Source: Prorocentrum cordatum (Eukaryota). Taken from it: 64,000 bases of DNA. Of this stretch, positions 15,582-23,694 are shown in pieces. The stretch covers positions 1 through 64,000 of the forward strand of contig CAUYUJ010000313.1 of assembly GCA_963575745.1 (NCBI GenBank), in the 5' to 3' direction. The notes beneath the pieces are model-generated. The model made no database searches and was not told the DNA's origin. It was given only the letters and a program-made list of their open reading frames with translations. Each line of letters opens with the position of its first letter. The first letter of the stretch is position 1. The position numbers and the translations under genes were made by a program.

Positions 15582-15603
15582 TCCGTAGCCATTTTGGCTC
15601 AAG
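15582..15603 (+). other. Complete dinoflagellate spliced leader (DinoSL) at the 5' end of LINE 1
   Basis: Exact match to DCCGTAGCCATTTTGGCTCAAG; not followed by a GT/GC donor, so not an SL RNA gene. Confidence 0.97.
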
Positions 15604-15767
15604 TCCGTAGCGTGGCTCAGTGGCCACCAGCGGGCGAGAGTTGAGGCAGAGGGGACCAGCGGCCCCTACCGACATACCACCCAAGGTTTCGCTACGGCAT
15701 TGGGGTGTTATCCCCCGCTGTACGAAGACACGACTACTTCGTTTTCGCTCTCTGTTACTTCAGGCAC

Positions 15768-16817
15768 ATGGGAAAAGGCGCTTTCTCTTGGTGCACGGCC
15801 TGCGGCAATTGGGCCTACAATTTCAGAATCAGGAGGAATGGCGGCAAGTGCGGGAAGTGCCAGGCCCACATCTCTCTTCCCGCGCCGTGGTGGGAGCAGC
15901 CAGGCCAGCAGCAGGGCCAGCAGCACCACCACCAGCCATCCTCTCCTTCGACGGCTACGCCAGACCCGTCGGCGATGCTGGCCTTGCTCGCCAGCTTGCC
16001 GATGTTCGCGGGTGAGGCCAAGACGCTCCTCGCCGCCAAGGAGCGTTGCGACGCGGCAGCCGTGCCGACGCCGCCCACGGCCCACACCTCCTACACCGCC
16101 ACCGCCAAGGAGCTTGAGAAGAAGGACGCAGCGCTCAAGTCGGCGGCCGAGGCGGTTGTGGCAGCGGAGGCCACCCTGGCACGTGCCCAGCAGAGGGCCG
16201 AGGAAGCCACGGTGGCCCAGATCGTCGCGCAGCAGGCCCATGACAAAGCGGTCGCTGCTGTCGCGGCCAAGGCAAACATCAAGCAGGTCCCCGACGGGTA
16301 CACTGCAGACGGCAAGCGCGTGGTCTTCGCCGTGGACGACGCGCTCTTCTCCGACCTCAGCGAGTTCGACGAGACGCAGCAGGCCGAGCTCCGCGCGTTC
16401 GAGGCGGAGATCAAGCAGAGGATCGACCAGGTGGCGGCGATGCAGGCGGAGGTGCACGCGCAGTACGACAAGGTGCGCGCCCTCCGCAACTCCCCGCCGA
16501 AGCGCCAGCGGGTCGACGAGGAGGGAGGCGCCGCCGCGCCCGCGGCAGGCGCTGCCGCAGCGGCTCCCGCAGAGCCGGCGGCAGCCGCAGCCGCCGCCGC
16601 CCCTCCTGCCGCCGACCCTGGCGCCGCGGTCTCCGCCCAGGCCAAGGAGGACGGCCTCATGGCGGCCCTCGCCAAGGCCCGCTCCGACTCTGTGGCCAAG
16701 GCGAAGGGCAAGGGCTCGGCCAGTGCTTCGAGCGCTGGCCCTGGCGCTGCTGGTGCTGCTGGCAGCGCCCCTTCTGCCGCTGCTGGGGCCGCTGGCCCTG
16801 CCCCAGCCCGCGGGTAG
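15768..16817 (+). CDS. LINE ORF1 protein (349 aa): N-terminal C-x2-C-x15-C-x2-C zinc ribbon, Ala/Glu/Lys-rich coiled coil, PKRQR NLS-like motif, Ala-rich tail
   Basis: MGKGAFSWCTACGNWAYNFR...GGKCGKC, DGYTADGK and EFDETQQAEL are conserved in ORF1 of element 2; strong GC3 codon bias. Confidence 0.85.
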   Translation: MGKGAFSWCTACGNWAYNFRIRRNGGKCGKCQAHISLPAPWWEQPGQQQGQQHHHQPSSPSTATPDPSAMLALLASLPMFAGEAKTLLAAKERCDAAAVPTPPTAHTSYTATAKELEKKDAALKSAAEAVVAAEATLARAQQRAEEATVAQIVAQQAHDKAVAAVAAKANIKQVPDGYTADGKRVVFAVDDALFSDLSEFDETQQAELRAFEAEIKQRIDQVAAMQAEVHAQYDKVRALRNSPPKRQRVDEEGGAAAPAAGAAAAAPAEPAAAAAAAAPPAADPGAAVSAQAKEDGLMAALAKARSDSVAKAKGKGSASASSAGPGAAGAAGSAPSAAAGAAGPAPARG

Positions 16818-16896
16818 CAGCGCCCCACCGCAGCCAGCGGGCGCTGGCTGCCCACCGCGGACGAGTTCTTCCCCTACCTGTTCAACGGCGTCCCTG

Positions 16897-19800
16897 ATGG
16901 CGGGGTCTCCCCAAACTCAGAGAGATGACGAGCAAGGTTCCGACTCCAAGCTCTTCTTCGCCAACATCTCCGAGTGGGGCCCCACCGCGAAGGGCTTCAT
17001 GAGAGGCCAGGCGCCCTCCTACGACCTCGTCGCGTTCTGCGAGACGCACGTCCTAGGAGAGCAGCTGGCCACCGCCAAATCCGATCTTGGCAAGGACGGG
17101 TGGAAGGTGACGGCCACCCCTGCAGTATTGACTGGAAGGTCTGATGCTGGCAACACAGGTGGAGAATGGGTAGTCTCGCGCAAGTCAGTCTGCACCACCT
17201 CCTTCGAGTCCTGGCGCCAAGCAGAACTTCAACGCACAGGTAAAGATTGTTTCCGAGGATTCGCTCCTCTCTTGTGGCACACGCGCGTCGGCAACATAGC
17301 GGTTGTCTCCTGTTACTTGCTTCCTGGCCACAAGTTCAAGGGCCCGAACGAGCAGATGCTGATCCGCCTTGCCTCGTTCTTGAAGCAGATCAAAGATCCC
17401 TGGATCCTGGTTGGCGACTGGAATGCGGTTCCGTCTGATTGGGCCAAGACTGCCTGGATCTCCAAGCTCGGGGGCAACATCTGCGTGCCCATCAACGGCC
17501 AGGTCACGTGTAACAAGGGCCGCGGCTCCCTCATCGACTACGCGATCGTGAAGGAGGGCCTCGCCGACAGCATCCGTGTGCATATTGTCCCTGAGGTCCC
17601 ATGGCGTACGCACGCTGGGATATGCGTCACGCTCAAGGCGGGCAAGAAGGCGCGGTGGCATCGCAGCCTCAGAGCCGCCCAACCTCTGCCGGCACTCCCG
17701 AGGCCTGTCCGCGCGGCTGACCCGAACAGCAAGCGGCAGAAGGCCATCGCCCAGGCGAAGCAGCGCCGCCGCCAGGAGCTCGACGACTACCTGCAGGAGG
17801 CGTACGCCGACCTCTACGACCACGATGAAGCCCCTCCAGCACCAGCTGCAGGACCTGCGTTCAACATCCCCTTGGCGTGCTGGCAGGCCGCCAAGGACAA
17901 GCCGTACGAAGGCGCCCCCGCACATCGGCCTCATTTCCTGCTCGATCGGGATCCCGAAGTACGTGACGATGTTGGCCTACGCTACGGGCGATGGGTCCAA
18001 GCAGTGGAGGAGGCAACGATAGCACACCACGAGCTTCCAGCAGGTGATGCCAAGAAGTGTCGTGGCAGGGCACAAGGATACGATATTGAATGGAAAATCA
18101 CGCGAGCCACCCCGTCCAGGCCCCACTTGAGAGATCCGCTACTCGAATGGTGGAACCTGTGCACGTCACTACTCTCGAGATTGGGCATCTTCCGACGGAC
18201 GGCTCGAGCTCACGACAACGCCTACACGATGACCAAGCTCCTCGAGTTGCTGGACGTTGGCCTGGACAGCGACTTCCAGAAGCCCTTCGGCGACGACGAC
18301 CAGTTCTGGACCTGGGTTGCGGCGATCCAGCAGATTGGCACTGCCGACGATGAGGATTTCGACACCATACTCCAGCAGGCGGAGTCCTACAAGAGCAGAG
18401 CCATCGGCCTCTCGTTGTCCAAGGCTCGCAAGGGATTCCAGGCCTGGGCCACCAAGATGTGGAAGGAGTCGCCAGGAATTCTACACCGCCACGTGAAAGG
18501 GGTACCTGACAAGCCCGACGAGATCATTGCTGACTCCAAGGTCTTCGCCGCCCCTGATGAGATGATGGACAAGCGTGCAGATGATTGGAACGAGATATGG
18601 AGCGACGACACGATGGTCCCTGCCAAGATCATCGACGGCCTCCAGTACGTCATGGACAGGGCCGACACCCAGGACCTCGAGCAGCTCACCGCCGAGCGCA
18701 TGAACAGCGCGCTGGGCTCCATGAGTGGCAAGAAGGCCAAGGGTGTCGACGCCATGGGCCCCATCGAGGTGCAGCGGCTGCCTGCTGAGGCCCGCCAGGA
18801 GCTGCTCGAGCTGGTGAAGCACATCGAGCGCGTCGCCATGTGGCCGCACCAGCTCTTCATGGTGATCGCCGCCGTCGCCCCCAAGCCGAAGGGGGGCGAC
18901 GGGATCCTGGGCCTGCTCCCGTTCCTGCCCAAGTTGTGGAGCAAGATGAGAAGTGCTGACTCCCTGGACTGGACGGTGGCCATGGACGAGCATTGGGACA
19001 CAGCGATCCGTGGCTCGTCTGCCCTGCAGGCTGCCTTGGTCCGATCTCTCCTCGATGAGACCTGCCAGGAGATGAAGATTTCATGTGCTACCTTGCTCCT
19101 GGACTTGGAAAAATTTTATGATAGTATTTCGATTGCCAAGATGTGTGCAGCAGGTGTTCGCCAAGGTCTTCCTGCTCTCATCCTCGCGCTGGAGTTGCAG
19201 CTGTTCCTTGCCCCGCGGCACCTCAAGGACAGGCTCTGGCTGAGCAAGGCGATTCAACCTGAGAAGAGTCTAGTGGCAGGCTCGCTGCAGAGTGGACGCT
19301 TCGCGAAGGCGTTCATGGGCCCCATGCTGGACAGGGCCCACATCAACTACGGGCTCAGGATCCTACTCCGCACCTTCGTTGACGACACGGTGGTTCGGGC
19401 AGAGGGGACAGCGCACGAGGTCGGCTCGCTGATGATCGACTCCTGCACGTCCTTGGCCAGCGACTTCGTGGACGCAGGGCTCAAGATAAGCCCGAAGACG
19501 GTGGTCGTTGCTTCGTCCTCGAGCTTGGCAGCCCGAATCACTGCCGGCCTGATCGATGTTGACATCCCTGTGACACCTGTCCGCCACGCTGTGGACCTCG
19601 GTGCTGACACGACCTCGGGCCGATCACGGACCAAGAAGCGCACCTCCGCCATCATGAGGATGAGGCGCCACGCCAGCCTCCGCGGCATCACCAAGGGCCT
19701 CTGGAGCATGGGGTCCAAGCCGCAGGGCACCTACACGCACCAGACGTTCGGGATCCCCGGCTACGAGCTGGTGCAGATCCGCCGCCAGGCCGCCCAGAGT

Positions 19801-20991
19801 GCCGTCGGCACGGGGCCTGGCCGATGTTTGACCACGTCGCTTGCCGCCGCCTTTGACCGACGAGACCCAGCGAAGGCACTTCGACGTGAGCAGGTCCTGG
19901 CATGGCTGCGATTGTGGCGAGAGTACCCAGAATATCACACACGTATTGCGAGATCGTGGGATAGCATCCGTAGCCGCCTACGATTAGCGGGTTCGCGAAG
20001 ATGGAGAGTTTCGAAGGGCCCCATTGCAGCTACGATTTCAACCTTGCTCGACATTGGTTGGGACCCCGTTAGCCCGATGGTGTGGTCTTCGGATGAGCAG
20101 TTCGAGTGGCACATCCCGTCTGTGGCGCCCCCAGAGTTCGACAACTTCCACGGAGACTTCACGGACATCCTTGATGACATTGAGGCCACGATTGACAGAC
20201 AGTTGTGGCGTGCGGCGGCCCTCCACGAAGCTGCCTCGGACCTCTCGGAGGGCGCGGACATGTACCACGTCTCCAGGGAGCTCAGCCGCCTCAAGCCAGA
20301 CCTCGAGGGCGACAACTGGGCGTTGGACGTGGTGGTCGTCACGGGCGCCCAGTGGACTCGTGAGCGCTTGCGCGCGGCAGGCTACCGTATTGATGGCCTC
20401 TGCCCCCGCTGTTCCAAAGCCCCCGAGGATTTGTACCACCGAGCGTGGGCCTGCGAGGCCAATGTTGGCCATGAAGATTTCGAGAAGAGCCAGGTTTTGG
20501 CCGAGAAAGCCCGGGTGAACCATGAGAGCTGCCCGAGTTTTTGGCTCCGCGGGGTCCCTGGCCGGGCCGAAACGGTCCCGACCTTCGCGGATAAGCCTCC
20601 CATCCGAATTTCGTTTGGCACCCTTGCAGCCGTTCCCAGAGACGCCGAAGGTTTTGTGACCTTGTTTGGGGACGGGTCGGGTGGGAGGTTCTCGGACGAC
20701 CCTCGGCGTCGAAGGGTCGGCTCGGGTCTGATCGGTCTCGCCCCCGAAGGGGCTGTCTGGCGTGCCGTCTGTGGTCTGGGCTGCAGCATCGAGGGCCGAA
20801 GACAGACCGTGCCGCGCGCTGAGATAACCGCCTTCGCCGAAGCCCTTGAATCCAGCGATGGCGACGTCCGTTTCGTTACTGACCATCGCCCCCTCCTGGA
20901 CTCCTGGACCAAAGGCTTCTTCTTTTTTTTTTTTTTTGTTTCTGATCGTTTTCTTGGGGTGGTCATAATGTCTGAGGCCTGCCGAGCATGA
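16897..20991 (+). CDS. LINE ORF2 polyprotein: APE endonuclease, reverse transcriptase, CCHC-like knuckle, N-terminal part of RNase H; disrupted after ~20915
   Basis: APE motifs ANISEWG, AFCETH, VGDWN, LIDY; RT motifs PKPKGG, LLDLEKFYDSI, FVDD (19375-19386); CPRC...HRAWAC; RNase H GDGSGG, VPRAE, VTDH. The start ATG is inferred; the frame is open from 15700. Confidence 0.92.
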   Translation: MAGSPQTQRDDEQGSDSKLFFANISEWGPTAKGFMRGQAPSYDLVAFCETHVLGEQLATAKSDLGKDGWKVTATPAVLTGRSDAGNTGGEWVVSRKSVCTTSFESWRQAELQRTGKDCFRGFAPLLWHTRVGNIAVVSCYLLPGHKFKGPNEQMLIRLASFLKQIKDPWILVGDWNAVPSDWAKTAWISKLGGNICVPINGQVTCNKGRGSLIDYAIVKEGLADSIRVHIVPEVPWRTHAGICVTLKAGKKARWHRSLRAAQPLPALPRPVRAADPNSKRQKAIAQAKQRRRQELDDYLQEAYADLYDHDEAPPAPAAGPAFNIPLACWQAAKDKPYEGAPAHRPHFLLDRDPEVRDDVGLRYGRWVQAVEEATIAHHELPAGDAKKCRGRAQGYDIEWKITRATPSRPHLRDPLLEWWNLCTSLLSRLGIFRRTARAHDNAYTMTKLLELLDVGLDSDFQKPFGDDDQFWTWVAAIQQIGTADDEDFDTILQQAESYKSRAIGLSLSKARKGFQAWATKMWKESPGILHRHVKGVPDKPDEIIADSKVFAAPDEMMDKRADDWNEIWSDDTMVPAKIIDGLQYVMDRADTQDLEQLTAERMNSALGSMSGKKAKGVDAMGPIEVQRLPAEARQELLELVKHIERVAMWPHQLFMVIAAVAPKPKGGDGILGLLPFLPKLWSKMRSADSLDWTVAMDEHWDTAIRGSSALQAALVRSLLDETCQEMKISCATLLLDLEKFYDSISIAKMCAAGVRQGLPALILALELQLFLAPRHLKDRLWLSKAIQPEKSLVAGSLQSGRFAKAFMGPMLDRAHINYGLRILLRTFVDDTVVRAEGTAHEVGSLMIDSCTSLASDFVDAGLKISPKTVVVASSSSLAARITAGLIDVDIPVTPVRHAVDLGADTTSGRSRTKKRTSAIMRMRRHASLRGITKGLWSMGSKPQGTYTHQTFGIPGYELVQIRRQAAQSAVGTGPGRCLTTSLAAAFDRRDPAKALRREQVLAWLRLWREYPEYHTRIARSWDSIRSRLRLAGSRRWRVSKGPIAATISTLLDIGWDPVSPMVWSSDEQFEWHIPSVAPPEFDNFHGDFTDILDDIEATIDRQLWRAAALHEAASDLSEGADMYHVSRELSRLKPDLEGDNWALDVVVVTGAQWTRERLRAAGYRIDGLCPRCSKAPEDLYHRAWACEANVGHEDFEKSQVLAEKARVNHESCPSFWLRGVPGRAETVPTFADKPPIRISFGTLAAVPRDAEGFVTLFGDGSGGRFSDDPRRRRVGSGLIGLAPEGAVWRAVCGLGCSIEGRRQTVPRAEITAFAEALESSDGDVRFVTDHRPLLDSWTKGFFFFFFFVSDRFLGVVIMSEACRA

Positions 20992-21309
20992 GTCGGGTTT
21001 TGAATAGCAGCGGGGAGCAGCGGGGGAGTGTTTGCGAATATTAGATCCTTTGGGCCAGGATTCCAGGCCGCCAAGCGTGATCGTGGGTCACTGGCCCCGA
21101 ATAGAATAATTGTAGTTTTTCTTTTTTTTTTTTTTTTTTCGGGTCCCTCCCCACCAAGAGGAGATAGGAGGACTTCCCATCTATTACATCTATCTCTTCC
21201 TCTCTCGCGTACGCAGTTGTTTTTTTTTCTATCTTACAAAAAAAACCTCGGGACATTGAAATCAATTATATCTAAATAGAATTTTTTTTATTATATGAAT
21301 TGAGCAGAA

Positions 21310-22000
21310 GACGCCTTGGCCAGCGAAGCTGCCGAGCTTAGCTGGACTGAATTCGTGATTTCGCCCCCCCCCCAGACCGATGTTCGGGACTCCGAGGCCG
21401 CCCTGGTCCGTCGGAGGGCGCGGAGAGCCCTGGCAGCGAGCATCCAAGCCGATCCCTGGACCTGCGAGCGCCCTGGAATCGAGGGGGGGGGCCCGTTACC
21501 TAAGCTTGCCTGTGCCCTGCGTGACTCAGAGCATTCGTGGTCCCGTGCAGGGACGAAGTATATATGTAGGCGTTGCAATTTGTTCTCGAATCAGGATTCG
21601 ATTTTCCAAATGTGTGCCTCCCGTTGCAGGCCCGGGCAGACGCCCGACTTCTCCCCCGTTCGTGCTGCGCTTTTGCGCTTTTCCTTTCTGTTTTCTTCTC
21701 TTTTGTTCGGTGGTTTCTGTCGGGGTTAGGGTAGAGGGTAGATGAGTAGGTAGTTTGATTTTTCGTTTAGAGAGCTTCCAGGGGCGCACCACTCTGCAGA
21801 AGAAGATGCGCATATAAATTGGTTTTCTGCACGACTTGCGGCAAGTCGTGCACCACCGACCCGAGATGGTTGGTCTTGCGATGTAATCCAACGGCCAAGG
21901 GCCGTCAGAATCTGGCGGCCATCAGGTCGGGGCGGTATCCGCACCCGTCGGGACCGCCAAGAGCGGTGAGAGAGGCGGAGTCACAAGGACTTGTTGGCCT
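21310..22000 (+). pseudogene. Fragmented C-terminus of element 1 ORF2 (end of RNase H and two zinc-finger-like motifs)
   Basis: DSEAALVRRRARRALAASIQADPW and FCTTCGKSCTTDPRWL...YPH align with element 2 (DAEAALVRRRARRALVASILADPW; FCTVCGKTATSDPRWL...YPH); interrupted by T-rich patches. Confidence 0.85.
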
Positions 22001-22186
22001 CGGTGCAAGGGGGGGTGGAACGGCCCAGACGACGTCGACGAGTGGTCGCGTTCCACCCCCCGAGGGAGTGGCTCATGTTGCCACTTCCGAGGGTTAAAAC
22101 TGAGGCCTCAGTTTTAACCCTCATGCGGTCCATGGCGCCGTTTGTGGACGTACGCTGTCCTTTCATCTGATCGCTCCTGATCGCTC

Positions 22187-22460
22187 CTCCTCCCTCCTCC
22201 TCCTCCCTCCTCCTCCTCCTCCCTCCCTCTCCCTCCCTCCACCACCTCCTACTCCTCATCCTTCCCTCCTCCCTCCTCCCTACTTCCTACCTCCTCCTCC
22301 TCCTCTCCTCCTCCCTTCCTCATCCTCTCCTCCGCCTCCTCCATCCTTCCTCGCCTCCTCCTCCTCTCCTCCTCCTCCGCCCTCCTCCTCCTCCTCTCCC
22401 TCTCATCCTTGCTCCCTCCTCCTCCTCCTCCTCCTCCTCCTCCTCCTCCTCCTCCTCCTC
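22187..22460. repeat. Degenerate (CCT)n polypyrimidine tract between the two LINEs
   Basis: Almost purely C/T; becomes perfect (CCT)n next to the second SL. Confidence 0.95.
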
Positions 22461-22482
22461 TCCGTAGCCATTTTGGCTCAAG
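22461..22482 (+). other. Complete DinoSL at the 5' end of LINE 2
   Basis: Exact TCCGTAGCCATTTTGGCTCAAG, followed by ATG rather than a splice donor. Confidence 0.97.
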
Positions 22483-22631
22483 ATGCCCGCATTCGGGGGC
22501 TCCGCGCCGCCGTGCCAAAATCTGAGCTGCCAGAACAGCACCCTTGAGTACTCGGAGATTTCGGGAGAATCGCACCGCCCAGCTGCCAGCGCAGTTGGGG
22601 TTAGAGCTCCCAAGCGTTCAGTCACGCAGTC

Positions 22632-23694
22632 ATGGCGCCGCGCCCATTCTCCTGGTGTACTTGCGGCAACTGGACCTACAACTTCCGCCTGCTGCACAAC
22701 GGCGGGATGTGCGGCAAGTGTGGGGCGCAGGTCACACTATTCCAGCCCGACGCTGCAGCGGCGAAAGGCAAAGGTAAAGGAAAGAAAGGCATCCTGGGCA
22801 ACAAGGGCGGCAAGGGCGAGGCTAAGTCGGCTTGGAACAACACTGGAGGAGGCAAAGGAGGCCCTTACCCGTGGTCCAAGGAGCCTGACGTCTCGCAGAT
22901 GCTCGCCATCCTCTCGAACGTCCCCGCCCTCGCGGCGCACGCCGACGTGTTCCGCCAGGCTGACATTTCCTTCAAGGCGAGCAAGGCGAAACCGGTGTCG
23001 CCCAACCAGGAGGTGTACCGCTGCAGCCAGACGTTGGAGAAGAAGGAGATGGCGCTCCAGAAGGCCTCGGCAGGACGTCGTCAAGCTGGAGTCGGCTCTC
23101 CAGGAGGCGAAGCTGTGGCTGCACCAGACGGCGGAGGAGGCCCTCTCCGCAAAACGGGCCCACACCATGGCTGTCAAGGCCCTCGCGGACTCCACGGGCG
23201 CCGCCAAGACGCAGGACGGCTACACCGCAGACGGCAAGAAGATATACCTGGCGTTGGACGAGTTCGACTTCGCAGCCAGCGACGAGTTCGACGACACCCA
23301 AAAGGCGCAGCTCCAGGCCATCCAGAAGCAGGTGGAGGAGCACTGCAAGCAGGTGGCGGACCTCCAGAAGACGATGCAGGAGGCGCTCAAGAGCGTCAAG
23401 GAGATCCGCGCAGCCCCAGCGAAGCGGCAGCGTGGCCAGGACGGCGCCGCCCCTGGCCCAGGCGCAGCCGAAGCCGAGGGCCCTGACGAAGACCAGGCAC
23501 CTACTGCAGCGGAGGACGGCCCCAGCTTCGCCGTCTCAGAGAGCGACATCGCCGCCAAGATCGCGAGCGCCAGGGAAGCCACGCTGGCCAACATGGGCGA
23601 CTTCCCTCCCCTGGGCACTGGCAATGGTGCTAGGGGCTCTCGCGATGGTGCGCCCAGACCTGCAGCAGCGGCAGCGGCCGCGCAGCGAGGGTGA
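22632..23694 (+). CDS. LINE ORF1 protein with one frameshift near 23070
   Basis: Frame 22632 gives MAPRPFSWCTCGNWTYNFR...GGMCGKC...LEKKEMALQKAS; homology continues in the 22483 frame (QDVVKLESAL...DGYTADGKK...PAKRQR...QRG*). Confidence 0.82.

Larger units (their letters stand above)
15582..22186 (+). mobile_element. Non-LTR retrotransposon 1 (ORF1 + APE-RT-RNase H ORF2), SL-headed, flanked by (CCT)n
   Basis: SL, 164-nt 5' UTR, ORF1, ORF2, structured 3' end, then CCT-rich tract; colinear with element 2 throughout. Confidence 0.93.

Noticed and set aside
15700..16896. N-terminal 399 aa of the 1763-aa ORF
   Set aside because: Arg/Pro/Ser-rich alternative frame of ORF1; conservation with element 2 is in the ORF1 frame.
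15582..22482. SL RNA genes or CRE/SLACS/NeSL-type insertion into SL genes
   Set aside because: No GT/GC donor or SL intron after either SL, no SL-array context, and the endonuclease is APE-type. Not fully excluded without other copies.
22483..23070. N-terminus of the 403-aa ORF starting right after the SL
   Set aside because: Zinc-ribbon homology lies in the 22632 frame; continuity results from a single-base frameshift near 23070.
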